Below, one piece after another: positions 51,110-64,000 of a DNA stretch of 64,000 nt (position 1 is the stretch's first letter; the number at the start of each line of letters is the position of its first letter). The translations under genes and the position numbers were made by a program. Source of the DNA: Amoebidium appalachense (Eukaryota > Protista > Ichthyosporea); the NCBI GenBank assembly GCA_963693365.1, contig CAVNZM010000016.1:6369029-6433028 (forward strand), in the 5' to 3' direction. The notes under the pieces were generated by a model, which was not told where the DNA came from, made no database searches, and saw nothing but the letters and a program-made list of their open reading frames with translations.

Positions 51110-51878
51110 CTTCAGATATGGATGGATGAAAGTGGCAGTGGAATGTTTGGATGATTTGGGTGCAGGTAGGACTTGGCGGAGAGGGGGGGGGGGGGAGGGG
51201 GGAGGGGGGGGGAGGAGTGCCTTCCTTGTTTCTGGCAATTTCTGGTAACTTTATGGATTTGGGGTTGGGGGTGGGGGAGGTGGGGGAGGAGAGGGGAAGG
51301 GGAGGGGGGAAGGGGGAAGGCGGGGAGGAAAGGGGGAGGGGAACGGGGGAAGGGGAGGGGGGGAGGGGGAGGGGGTGGTGGTGGGGGGGAGGGGAGTTGG
51401 TTGGTGGCCGGACTGTCTTTGGATACATTAAACTTCTTGGTTGGTCGGGTCGGTGGAAGATTTATTTGAGCTCCTTCGTGGGAAAAAATGAACTGGTGCG
51501 AAACGTGGGGGGGGGGGGGGGGGGAGGTTTGAGGGTGGTAGTGTTGTTGATTTAGTGGAGCCGCAGCAAGAAGGGAGAGGGGGAGGGGGGGAGGGATGGC
51601 GAGGGGGGGGGGGGGGGGGGGTGTTGTGTTTTGGTTTTGTGTGCAGTCTGTTAGTGTGATACTGAGCTTTTTTCTTGTTTTTTTAAGGGAGGGGGGGTTT
51701 AAGTTTTTTTTTTTTTTTTTTTTGGGGGGGGGGGGGGGAAGGGGGGGGGGGGGGGAGGGGAAGGGGAAGAAGGGGGGTGGAAATGGGAGTGGGACTCTGA
51801 GTATTGGATGATAAGATTGATGAGAGCATATAAGGCATACACTCATCTTACCTTCACATACGTGTGCACGCACAGCAC

Positions 51879-51949
<71 letters not shown>

Positions 51950-51978
51950 ACATCACATACAGGCACATGCACACACAC

Positions 51979-52113
<135 letters not shown>

Positions 52114-52136
52114 ACATACATGCACATGCGCGCGTG

Positions 52137-52215
<79 letters not shown>

Positions 52216-52254
52216 CACATCCGTGCACACCCACACAATAACGTTGTACGATAG

Positions 52255-52296
<42 letters not shown>

Positions 52297-52604
52297 AAAA
52301 AAAAAACCGTTGTGTGTGATTTGGTCTGCCCCACATGAAGATAAGCTCGGCTTATGCCGTTTAGCATTCTCTTTATGTGTTTTTTGCAATCATTGCAATA
52401 ATTATGCCGTGAGTCATCATTCTAAACCCCCGTCACTCCCCGCCGTCCTGCTGACCCATCGTCATGTGCCATCCCCCCAATCCCCACCAATACCCCCTCC
52501 TTTGTCGCGCCCTCCCCCCCCCCCCCCCCCCCCCCCCCTCCCCCCCCCTCCCCCCCCCCTCCCCCCTCCCACCTCCCTTTTAAACCTGAAGAACACAACA
52601 CACA

Positions 52605-52635
<31 letters not shown>

Positions 52636-52652
52636 CACACACAAACACAAAC

Positions 52653-52687
<35 letters not shown>

Positions 52688-53588
52688 CACACACGCGCGC
52701 GCACACGCACGCACGCACACGCACACACACACACGCACACACACACACACTGTAATTACTTCCTCTGCAGTGCGATTTAAATCTATGATTTATTATCATT
52801 ATACAAATTATTATTTTGGGGGGGAGGGGGGGGGGGGGATAGGGTGGGTGCAGGGGGGGGGGAGTGCGCCAGGAAATTTTGGCACCCTGAAACCTTTGCA
52901 TGCTGTCGTCTCCCTGGACTATATAGAAAAAGACCACATACATAAAATATTAAACCTTGTTCGAAATGGAGCTTGTAAGCCTATTGATCTGGTTTACAAA
53001 GTATTTTTGACCTTTTCGTTGTGTTTTTCTGCATGATTCGGCACTATGCTGCATATTCCTACTTTTTTTTTTTATGCGCACCAAAACTATATGCACTAAG
53101 TGGACTCACACTCCAGCTTCCCCCCCCCTTCCCTCCCCCTCCCCCTTTCCCCCCCCCCCCCCCCCCCCCCCCTCCCCCCCCCCCCCCCCCCCCCCCCCCG
53201 TTTTATGTACGCAGTACGCGTACGGGGATTTTATGGGGACATATAGCTGACTTTCTTTCGCTGCCGCAGCCCTAAACATGCTAGAAAATCAGCACAAACA
53301 GCAATTGTATTAGAAATTTAAACGTGTTATTCGTGTCACTGTAATACAAACACGACCGATGAGCACGAAAACACCCAATGAAAATCTCATCCACACACTT
53401 TTTATTCATCAACCTTCAGTACAAAATTTTCCGGTGCAAACATTTCCTATGACAGAGGGACACCGGGGGCGAGGGGGGGGGGGGGGGGGGTAGGTACCAG
53501 GGGAGAAGGGGGTGGGGGGGGGGGGAGGGGGGGGGAGATTTCAAAGCCCCGTGGGTGACGGTCAAGGCGTTGTACAGCCCCCCCTCCC

Positions 53589-53626
<38 letters not shown>

Positions 53627-54120
53627 GTTAAACCGGTAGTCAGTACCCCATCACCATGCTGTTGAATATTGATAAAATCACACACGCCCTCTCTCTGATG
53701 TCTCTCTTCCCGTCTCTCCCTCTCCTGGCCAGAGGACTCTCCATCTCTCCTTCTTTACCTCTCTCCCTCTCTTCCGATCTCCGTACCTCGAGCCCTCTCC
53801 TTTCTCCCTCTCTCCCTCCCCCCCCCCCCCCCCCCCCCTTCTCTCCCTCTCTCCCTCCCTCCCTCTGCCTCTTCCTCTCTCCCTTTCCATCATTCTCCTT
53901 CTCTCGAGCTCCCCCCCCTTCCCGTCATCCCACGGGCCCTATCTTGATGACCTCTCTCCCTCTCTCCTTCTCTCCCTCTCTCCCTCTCTCTCTCCCTCTC
54001 TCCCTCTCTCCCTCTCTCCCTCTCTCCCTCTTTTCGCATCTCCCTCTCCCTATCTTCCTCTCCCTATCTCCCTCTCTCTCCCTCTCTCCCTCTCCCCCCC
54101 CCCCCCCCTCCCCTCCCTCT

Positions 54121-54151
<31 letters not shown>

Positions 54152-54642
54152 CTCTCCGAGAAGACTCTAATGCGAATCTCCTTCGGGATTGGTCCACCCT
54201 CAGCAGGACCAACCGTTTTTTAATTGGCTGCTTTCATAACAGCAAAATAAAATGTGAGCATTTCCTTTCCTATTGGTGTTTTCCTTCACGTTCGAAACGA
54301 GAGGAATTTCAATGGGCCGTTGTTGAACACCACGCCTTATAGGTTACAGACACTAAGTGTGGCCTAACATAAGGATATTATAGTATAGAGGAAAGGAGTT
54401 CTTGTATATTATTGATTATTGAACTGCAGGCTTGTTACTTTGAGTCACTACATAAGTCTTAAAGTGGGTAAGTCATTGGAATGATTGAACTGTTTTGGGT
54501 GTTCGTGAAAGAATTTCTATTGGTTTAATATCACACTGTTTACTTACTACTGCGCCACCGATCCGTCCCGCATGGCACAAGTAAAGTATGTGGTTGAGCA
54601 CTACTTCGCCAGCGGGACGTCTCCAGCCGGGTCTATGTAATT

Positions 54643-54762
54643 CTGATGGGCAATCGGAACGCTTTATCAAAGGTTATTTTCCTGATGGGCAATAGGAACG
54701 CTTCCGTACTCTGATGGGCAATAGGAACGCTTCCGCAATTTTGTTGTTGAGCAATAGAATGC
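54643..54762. repeat. Short promoter-proximal repeat CTGATGGGCAATAGGAACGCTT, 3 units plus a partial, upstream of MAPEG paralogue 2
   Basis: Units start at 54643, 54682 and 54711. Confidence 0.75.
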
Positions 54763-54990
54763 GTCGTTAAATTATTATTGCGACTTTTAACCAACCATCT
54801 GCTGTAGATTTAAATTTGTTTGCCCAATCAGACACTTTGTCTACTAGCTGTCGCCTGCGGCAACATACAAGGCATGTTGAGCCGGGCCACAGGGAGACAG
54901 CACTAAAGTGACTAGGCGGTGGCGCCCGTCGACATTTTGACGCACACACACTTCCCTGTTTTCGTTTTTTGCCATCCACACCTCCAAAAA

Positions 54991-55672
54991 ATGTCTTTTG
55001 CCAGCCAGCTTCATCTCTCCCGCGAGCACGGTTACGTGGTGGGCGCACTGACTGGCTCAGCTATTATCGTTCAAATCTAGTAAGTTTTAACCCGCATGCG
55101 CAGTGCTTGTCTAGTGAGGTGTGTGAGTGCATCTGCAAGCAATTATCGGGGCTCGGAGGATTGTTACACCGGGTTGAGTGAACGGAGGGAGAAAGGTAGA
55201 AGGAATGAAAAGTGGGAGGATTGGACGGGATTAATAGTAAGGGTAAGGAGAGCGGTCAAGGGGGCATCTGATGGCGGGTGTGTGGGGGTATGTGTTGGGT
55301 GGGCTATGGAGTTAGGGTGGAGGTAGATGAACTGGAGCAGAGAAGAAGGCGGAGGAGTGGGGGAGCAGGCTTTATGGTGTGAATGGGCGCAAGCCGTCGG
55401 GCTCACAGTTGTTCTTATTTAATTTGCTGGGTGTGTTTTGATAATACGTTCGTCATTACGGTAATAATCACTACTTAGGTGTCTTGCAACTTTCAATTCC
55501 AAAGAAGAGGTGTTAATCCACTATGTAGCGTAGGAATTCGTTGGGATTTTTGATACTTTGTTGACCGCCTTTCTTTCTTTTTTGCATGCAGTTCTCTGCT
55601 CTTCCTTGCATAGTGTTACCACACGAAGCATCTTCCTTTTTCGTTTTTCCCGTTCTCGACCCTCGACCCCAC

Positions 55673-55707
<35 letters not shown>

Positions 55708-56170
55708 CGACTCCGCTGCCCTGTGTCTCATTTTGCTTTGGTGCACTGTGCCTAGCACTCTACCCTGCCTCTCCCCCCCCCCCCCCCCCCCTCTGGTCCC
55801 CCCAGCACACATACATGAACACACACTCGCTCTAGGCATCGTATTTTTTTACACCAAACCTTACTTGGTAGGATGAGCCTCCTTCCCCCCCCCCCCCCCC
55901 CCCCAAACATGCGTTAGAACCCTTCAAACCGACTACTCCTCACTCAACTTCAACTATCAATAACACTTTGTCCAAACACGAATCCTCCTATATCCGTAAA
56001 AGACCTGCCCCTAGACTCATACATGTCTTCCCCTTCGTTTGCAGCGGTGCTGGCTTGGTTGTCAAGGCCCGCAAAGAGTATGACGTCAAATATCCCAAGG
56101 TGAGAGAGAGAGAGTGTGTGTGTGTGTGTGTGTGTGTGAGTGTTGTGTGTGTGCGTGTGTGTGTGTGTGT

Positions 56171-56204
<34 letters not shown>

Positions 56205-56924
56205 AAGCAAAAATGTGTATTAGTTTTGTAGGAGCGGGTGCTCCAGAGTTTGGTAGACTCGCCGACATGCCTATTATAATTCTCAAAAGGTGCTGGTCGT
56301 GAATTTGATCCTTCTCGGGTTCGAAAGAGGGAGAAAAGAAGAGAGTGTGACAGGGTTTGGGGTGCAGCTGTATGCGGATGGAGACAGCGAGGCAGCCACC
56401 AAGTTCAACTGTGTGCAGAGAGGCCACCAGAATGTTCTGGAAAACATTGCCACCCACTACATGCTGACCATGGTCAGCTCTCTGGTATAATGCCCCCCTC
56501 CCCGCCCCCACGACCCCGACTCCGACCCCCTCCTTGCCCATCCCCCATTCCGCATCCCTCCCACCCCCCCCTCCCCCCCCCGGGCCCCCTCCCTTGCCAA
56601 CCCCTGTATTCCCACATTGCTGATTACTCTGCTGCATCCCGTGTACTGCCTCTCCTACGATTTGCCTGTTGTGTGTGAGTGCATTATGCATGTCTACATA
56701 ATCGGCGGTGGTTAGAAACACCCTTCCCCGCACACACACACACACACACACACACCTTTCTTCCCTTGCAATCTGCATTATGTTTTTCGTCATAAATGTT
56801 TACTTTGTGCTCTGTAACACATTCTCGACCCCTTAATTCCAACTACACACACCACAACATAGAACGGGGAAGGGGGGGGGGGGGGGGGGGGGGACACCAC
56901 AACTAAGAACGTGGGGAGGGGTTT

Positions 56925-56955
<31 letters not shown>

Positions 56956-57404
56956 GGGGGGAACTTACACACACACACACACTGCTGCTGCAGAGAGTCA
57001 TGCAACATGAGCACACAGTGTTGGCCGTTGGCTGGCAAGAAACAGGAATTCTATTTGTGGGGGGGGGGGGGTTCTGTATTAGTTTTCTGTTCCTTTGGCT
57101 GTCCCCCCTTCTCCCCCCTCCCCCCAGGTTTCCTTGGTCGCTTGTCTAACGGCGTTGCAGGGCATGCACACTTTGTCATGAGGGTGCAAATGAATCTTGG
57201 CGCTGGCCTTTTTTGGTTTGGAATGCGGGTATCAGATTGCTTTCTAGATTCTTCCAGATCGTCACGGCTGTTGATAGAGGCAGGAGTCGTTGTTAGACGG
57301 TGGCCTGAGGGCCGAGCGCGTCCGGTGGGTGTGGGGAAGAGGGGGGGGGGGGATTGAGAGGGGGTGGCTTTGCTCATGTGTCGGACCGCTTGGTGGGTGT
57401 GGTG

Positions 57405-57435
<31 letters not shown>

Positions 57436-57979
57436 GGGGGAGGCGCGGGGGGAGGGGGGGGGGAGGATCGACCTGAGGGGCTGAGTTAGTTTTTTGGGTT
57501 TTGTGTTGGATCCCTGCCACTCAGTACCATTTCATTTTACGCATTATTATTAGGTAAAAGATATATGCACACAGAACAACAGAAAAGTTAGTTTAGGGGC
57601 TGTGCACACAGTGGCACCAACCGCATATGTGCACACAGTACCACTAACGGCACATGTGCACACAGTGCCAGTCACATGGTGCACACAGAATCACTAATTG
57701 GACATCTGCACACAGTACCACCACACATGGTACCACTAACCGCACATGTGCACAGTGTACCACTAACCGCACATGTGCACACAGTACCACCAACCGCACA
57801 TGTGCACACAGTACCACTAACCGCACATGTGCACACAGTACCACTAACTGCACATGTGCACACAGTACCGGCCTGGTGTTGCCGCCATTGCCTCTGGTAT
57901 CCGTGCCCTTGGCTTTGTCTTCTACATGAAGGGCTATGCCTCGGGCAAACCCAATGGCCGCTACAAAGGCGCTTTCGGT

Positions 57980-58012
<33 letters not shown>

Positions 58013-58152
58013 AAACTCGGGTACTGTGGATGACGTGGGCCCCCCCTGAGGATGGGCTCTGCTTATTATGCATACTCTTTATGTATGGCTTGCATTCTGC
58101 ATCGTGTTATCCGTTTGTTCTTGTGTACTTCGTACTTTTTGACGCATTCAAA

Positions 58153-58183
<31 letters not shown>

Positions 58184-58481
58184 TTTCTCCACACACACCC
58201 ACACACACACAAACATCCCACTCTCTGTGGATGGGCTCTGCTGATGATGTATGTTTTTTGTTTGTGTTCTGCAAAAATCGCATTGTACATGTGTGGTCCC
58301 TCATGAATGTTACCTTCATACACCGACACATTTCTTCCCCCTCCCCCCCTCTCCCCCCTTCACCCTCCTGGTTCCATATTTATCCTGTAAACGGTGGGCT
58401 TTGCTTCATGGTTCCTGCTATTTGTTCTACGTTGTTCTGCCTCGCGGGCCTCTGTGTATGATACTGTCACTCATTCTAGCC

Positions 58482-58526
<45 letters not shown>

Positions 58527-58985
58527 ACACACACACTCCACACACACTCTTGCACATATGCACACGTCTTTGCCATCCGTCACTTCCACCTGCCCAAGTT
58601 ATTGTTCTGCTGTTATTTCCAAAGACTTTCTTGTCTTCCCCAGCGTTTTTGCGGAAATGTTAATGTAGCCTAATTGCTGGATGGAGGGACATATGCTCCT
58701 TGGATGATTTGTGAATCGTGAATGCCCTTAGTACCATTTTTTAAACATGTGTGTGGCATGCAATATGTGTTTGTGTGTGTGCCTGTGTGTATGTCCCTGG
58801 TGTGTATGAGCACGTGTATGTGGGTGCTCGTGGTGTACGTGCGTGTGTGTGTGTGGGTGCGTGTGTGTGCACGTGTACTAGTAGTGTGCGGTTTCTGACC
58901 TCTGGTGGGGGCTGCAGGCTTCATCGGCTTCTTCATGCAGCTGGGCCTTGTTGGTGAGCTGATGTACAAGCTGCTGAAGCACTAG
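54991..58985 (+). CDS. MAPEG family microsomal glutathione S-transferase 3-like, paralogue 2 (146 aa); exons 54991-55079, 56045-56099, 56368-56484, 57866-57977, 58918-58985
   Basis: MSFASQLHLSREHGYVV..KARKEYDVKYPKLYA..FNCVQRGHQNVLEN..YMKGYASGKPNGRYKGAFGFIG. Exon sizes 89/55/117/112/68 are identical to paralogue 1. Confidence 0.93.
57601..57868 (+). repeat. 27-bp minisatellite built from the branch point and 3' splice site of intron 3 (~10 units)
   Basis: The unit is CCACTAACCGCACATGTGCACACAG|TA. The last unit supplies the productive acceptor. Confidence 0.9.
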
Positions 58986-60117
58986 GCCCGACAATGCTAA
59001 AAATAGCAAGACAGCGCTAAAAATAAGCGCCACAGTTATAACATCTGCTGCGATAAAATTTATGTTCGTGCCTCACCTTTGGATGAGTATAACAAGGGAA
59101 AATCCAGTTGTGTTGCATATATATTTGTACACGATGTGCATCTACCTGGTGTAGTTATGTACATAACCGAAAACCATGAAGTTCGTGTTTGTCTCAGCTT
59201 GAGTGGCCAAATAAAAGATAAAACGCGAAAACACGAGTGTAACGTTGTGTTCAACCCCCTGGGGTTCCTTTATGTCAGTGTCTGTAAGCCAGCGGTTTGC
59301 ACACGTTCTAATAATAGCCCGGCCTCAGTTTACAAAATATGTTTAAGAAGAAGCTGGGGGGGGACTGGGCGGACTGGGCACCCCACGGTGACCATGGCCA
59401 CATCCGATATCTGTGGGCATAATCCACGATATTAATCCGTACAGTCCAGCACTGTAAATCACCTCGATTGCTGGAGTTCTTCCTACTCTCTTTTCTTCTA
59501 GGCCGTGACCCCGTTCGTTACTCAGCACACTGATCGATAGTTACACTCGCTGGGATTTTGAAAGCATGAATCTGAAGCACCTATGATCTTGTTATTAATT
59601 TTCAGTGAGTGAAGTAATAGAGCTATAATACAATAGTTTTTTTTTTTGTTGTTGTTGTTGTTGTTGTTACTTTCACATGAGCTTTTCACATGACACTGTG
59701 GTTGTGCACTAGATTTGCCGGGGGGATCTATGAAGTATATTGACGATATGTGCCCGGATTTAGCGGTGTGCTTCTCATTGCTGGCACAGTGGCTCAGAGG
59801 CACAGCCAGTCAGATTGCAGCACACTTTGAGTGCGATTGTGCCCGCACGTGCCTGCGTGTGTGCGCACAACACACGCGTGCCATACTTTTTCTAGGGGTG
59901 AATGCAGATGACTATTCTTGCCAAATATATACATAATACACCCCACACACACAAATAGATAGGCAATCGTACACACGCACACACCCACCACGCACGCACG
60001 CACGCACACACACACACACACACACACGCACACACACGCACGCACACACACACGTACACGAGACACACAGACACACCCACACAACCAACATCCACCCAAA
60101 GGAACACACCTTACAAC

Positions 60118-62148
60118 ATGGAGTCCACCTTCTCCCCCCCCCCTCTTCCCCAATGGCCCCACCCACCACCACCACCACCACCACTACCACCACCAACCGT
60201 AAAAGATGCCCACATGGTTCACATTGCCCCAAGGGGACCCCAACTCCACCCGACAGCCATTCTTCTGGCTGCATGTTGGCAACAACAGGGACTCAAGTTC
60301 CCTCTCCCGTCTATAAATAGAGTCATCCCCAGCTCCGGAAATAATACACAAATCACGCTACGAACACGACGCACAAGCAAACAGCCACCAGTTATACAGG
60401 GTTCCTTACAACGTCAACCAGGGGGACAGGTAAAGGCACCCCGTGCACAACGAGAGAACATCGAACGGGGTTTATCGAACTCGAGCAAGAATGACGGTGA
60501 GGATGGAGAGATGAAGACGGAGGAAACGGAGGAGGAGGGAGGAGTGACCGGGGAGGGAGAGGATGCTAGCGAAGGTAACTTAAAGGGGAAGGACATGTTG
60601 GCGTGCTATCACTGTAACCGTTCCTACGCGTCGCTCAATTCGGTTCGTAACCACATGCGGTTAAAACATTCAGACAGAAAGGGAAAGCGCGGAGGTTTGC
60701 GGGTACCCCACACACAAGTTACCCTTGCCCCAGCGACAATACTCCCCTCTCCCTCCTCACCCGACGCACGAAGGGGGGATGAATCGGCACCGGGATCGTT
60801 AAAGAGAATACGGGATATGCACGAGAGTATGGAGAGGGAGGCAGCTGTGAAACGGCCAGCGCTGGGCCAACGGAGCGGTGAGGATGTCCCGTCATCTTTA
60901 AATCAACAGGGGGATGGTCTAACGGGTCTGGATGCAATGGATGACGATGAAAACATGCACTCGTCTTCTGACGACAAGGGAGACGTGCAGGAGTCAGTGT
61001 TCACGTTTCCGGGGGTGGATAGGAAAGAAAGCGAAGGAAAGGAGATGGAAGGAGAAGGTGATGAGGAATTGGAGGGGGATTTAGTTCTCGTGGTGGAAGG
61101 TGTGGGGGATAAGGAAACTTCGGAAGAGCCGGAGGTAGAGAGGGTGGATGACCAGAAATGGACGGACGGAAAAGATTACAGATGCCCATACTGCCCGCTG
61201 AAGTATACAAGTTTGGGGTCTATGCGAAATCACGTGCGGTTGAAACATAGGGCTCTGCCGGGGTTGGGGAATGAGCGTGGCACACCCGTGAAAGATGGGT
61301 GGATGGGGGAAAATGGAATTGGGAACGAGGGGAGGATTGGAGATGGATTTGGAAACGAGAACGGGGAGGGAAAAACGGAAAAAATACCGATTAAGGCAAG
61401 TAAGAAGAAGAAGGAAACGAATGAAAATGCAGATGGGGCGAGCGAAATTGCGAAACCGGAGCGTGTTGTTCCATGTCCGGAGTGTGGCCGAATGTACGCC
61501 AGCGTTAAGTCATTGGCGAATCACGTGCGTGATAAGCACAGAGAGAAGAAAAGCGCCCCCCCCACCCCCTCTACCGTTCCAAAGAGCGATGTCCCAATGG
61601 CCAATTCGAACGACGAAAATCCATCGCAAACGGCCGCGACCCCAATCCCAGCCACGCCCACGAGTAACAAACCCCTCTCGAGTGAAAACTCGTTTCTTCC
61701 ACCACCGCAACCCCCCCAACAGCCAACCGTACGTAACGATTACGGCTATAGGAATGTCATGCCAAGTCACGCCATCTCCGACATGACGCGTGATAATGTC
61801 ATGCGTCTTGCCCCCGCCCCAAATGCTCAACAAATGAACCATGGGATGGGCATGGGGGGGTCAATGCAAACAGTGGCGTCAATAGGTGGCCGGTTTCCTC
61901 CACCCCAGCAAAATTTCAATTTCATGCGCGATCAAATGATCCAATCGAACGCTGGGAGAATGAGATCGGGGTCCGAGCAATTTATGAATTTTCCTGTTCC
62001 GGCTAATTTGGGCCAGGGACCACGCGGGGGGTTTGGAAATTTCAGCCGCGATGACCCCCTACAGCGGTGGCAATTCAACAAGCAGCAGTGGGAAAATATG
62101 GGAGGGTCTATGGGTGACGATCCAAGTGCCGCCCTCCTTGACCTCTGA
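60118..62148 (+). CDS. C2H2 zinc-finger protein (three dispersed fingers); the true 5' end is probably spliced in (acceptor candidate at 60399)
   Basis: CYHCNRSYASLNSVRNHMRLKH, CPYCPLKYTSLGSMRNHVRLKH, CPECGRMYASVKSLANHVRDKH, with acidic linkers and a Q/N/M/G-rich C-terminus. Confidence 0.88.
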   Translation: MESTFSPPPLPQWPHPPPPPPPLPPPTVKDAHMVHIAPRGPQLHPTAILLAACWQQQGLKFPLPSINRVIPSSGNNTQITLRTRRTSKQPPVIQGSLQRQPGGQVKAPRAQRENIERGLSNSSKNDGEDGEMKTEETEEEGGVTGEGEDASEGNLKGKDMLACYHCNRSYASLNSVRNHMRLKHSDRKGKRGGLRVPHTQVTLAPATILPSPSSPDARRGDESAPGSLKRIRDMHESMEREAAVKRPALGQRSGEDVPSSLNQQGDGLTGLDAMDDDENMHSSSDDKGDVQESVFTFPGVDRKESEGKEMEGEGDEELEGDLVLVVEGVGDKETSEEPEVERVDDQKWTDGKDYRCPYCPLKYTSLGSMRNHVRLKHRALPGLGNERGTPVKDGWMGENGIGNEGRIGDGFGNENGEGKTEKIPIKASKKKKETNENADGASEIAKPERVVPCPECGRMYASVKSLANHVRDKHREKKSAPPTPSTVPKSDVPMANSNDENPSQTAATPIPATPTSNKPLSSENSFLPPPQPPQQPTVRNDYGYRNVMPSHAISDMTRDNVMRLAPAPNAQQMNHGMGMGGSMQTVASIGGRFPPPQQNFNFMRDQMIQSNAGRMRSGSEQFMNFPVPANLGQGPRGGFGNFSRDDPLQRWQFNKQQWENMGGSMGDDPSAALLDL

Positions 62149-62235
62149 TTTTCTTCTCTTTGCTTCTTTCTCTCTCTCTTTCTCTCTCTCCCCTCCCCCT
62201 CCCCCCACGCCCCCCCCCCTCTCCTTCTCCTTTCT

Positions 62236-62305
<70 letters not shown>

Positions 62306-62334
62306 CCTCTGTCTCTCCCTCTCTCCCTCTCTCC

Positions 62335-62366
<32 letters not shown>

Positions 62367-62389
62367 TTCCCCCCCTCCCCCTCCCCTCC

Positions 62390-63183
62390 CCGCCTTTGCC
62401 GTTCTTCCGTTGCTATGACTTTGATTCATTCTGTCTGGCACTAATTCCACCACTTCGATATATTCCCAAATGTTTTCCTCGAGATTAGATTGTTTGAGTT
62501 GTTTCCGAATATCGGCAACCTGCATGCGGAGGGAAATTTGGGTAGTATGGCTGTAAATACAATGATGTATCCATCCCACCGGTATCTCTTTTAGCACGAA
62601 TATAGGCGTATCACACGTGCACTGAGCATGCACCCCCCTCCCTTTTTTTGACACCTTTTTGTGTCTTACTTCCGGCTTTAGCTTTTTCACTTCGAAATAT
62701 TGGCTGATTTTTTGTTCAGCTCTTTTTCATAATTGGGTTCTCTCTGAAGACTGATGATACCCATGTTGTAACGCCATGTAGGAGACACGGGCGCACACAC
62801 ACCTACATGCACACACACATGTACGAACATGCACACACTCGGGCGCGCGTGCACAGAACGCGCACACACACACACACATACACACACACACACGCGCGCA
62901 CGCGCACACACACACACACACACACACCATACACACCTACACACACACATTCACCCACACCATCAACCCCTCTTTAGTATTTCGAATGAACCTGTGATGA
63001 TTGTCTATTTCTTTTTTTAGTTCTAAAGGTGTCTGTGGTTATGTGAAAACCGTGTTCAGCTTGATTAAAACGCCGAGAACATTTTCTGATGCCCGAGCCC
63101 TCCCCCCCCTCCCCCCTCCCCCTCCCCCGCCCATACACACGTGTGCGCGCACACACACACTCGCTCTCACCCCACGCAAAGCG

Positions 63184-63241
<58 letters not shown>

Positions 63242-64000
63242 TACACCTATACGCACTACTCGTGCTCAGTCCACCCACCAGCTAATAATAATGCATCCCG
63301 TGCTTTCATGCACCATATCGGGCTCATGATCACCAGGCCAGAGCCCGTTTGTCCACTTCCTCCTTCCCCTCCCCCCCCCCCCCCCCCCCCCCTCTCTCTC
63401 TCCCTCCTCCCCCCCTCGCTTGATCTCGCTGTGTTCCCTCCCATTTCCTCCCTCCTCTCCCCCCCAACCCCCTCCCCCCCATTTCTTCCTCCCCCTATTC
63501 CTCCTCTTTTCTCTTTCCCTACCTCTCTCTCTCTCGCCATCTGTATCTCTCTCTCCTGATATCTAGAGCTCTTTGCCCCCCCCTGCCCCCTCCCCCCCCC
63601 CCCCCCCCCCTCCCCCCGCGCCCTCTTTCCAATCCCTTTTCTTCTTTCCATTTTTCCCCACCGCCCACTCTCGCTCTCTTACCCTCTCTTTCATACCCTC
63701 TCTGCTCGAGAGATCCCCCCTTCTCCCTCCCTCCCCCTCTGTCCGCCTGTCTCTCCTGCTGTTTCTCTCCCAATAATCCCTCACCCCTTATCCGTTGGGC
63801 CATAGCAATTAGCGCATTTAGCACTTAACACACCAGCGATGTGTGGCAATTGCAAGCCATCAAATCCCCCTCCCCGCCTCCCCTCCCCCCTCCCCCCCCC
63901 CCCCCCCCCCCCCCGGCGCCCCCTCCCCCCGCCCCTTCCCATCTCTCCACACTTCTTTTGTTCTTGTGCATCACTTACCTGTTGCCGCGGAGGCAGTACG
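62390..64000 (-). other. Possible 3' exons of a gene entering from the right edge
   Basis: Donor CAG|GTAAGT near 63973-63980 and an exon-like GCAG|VADIRKQLKQSNLEENIWEYIEVVELVPDR at ~62430-62519. The frames could not be fully reconciled. Confidence 0.3.

Overview
This is eukaryotic genomic DNA from an intron-rich genome saturated with microsatellites and homopolymers (poly-G/C, (CA)n, (GA)n). A unicellular opisthokont or other protist is my guess; taxonomy is not established. Most ORF-track entries are low-complexity artefacts, so the real genes were assembled by hand from splice sites. From left to right: (1) two tandem minus-strand copies of a BRCT gene with an E2F/CCAAT/CRE promoter, copy 2 carrying an in-frame stop; (2) a 1.56-kb long-TIR non-autonomous transposon; (3) a 10-exon gene ending in a PWWP3/MUM1(EXPAND1)-like C-terminal domain; (4) several MITEs and minisatellites; (5) a minus-strand, apparently non-coding host transcript with six tandem intron-encoded copies of one box C/D snoRNA whose invariant guide is antisense to the LSU rRNA 5' region; (6) an intronless GAPDH transcribed divergently from that host; (7) two inverted, broken copies of a bacterial-type DUF4832-like gene; (8) two divergent 5-exon MAPEG/MGST3-like paralogues; (9) a three-finger C2H2 protein. 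The best leads are the amplified snoRNA module, a structured intron-sense repeat cassette found between poly-C tracts, a tandem array of branch-point/acceptor units, and the head-to-head BRCT / MUM1-like pair. Family assignments come from motif recognition, not database searches.
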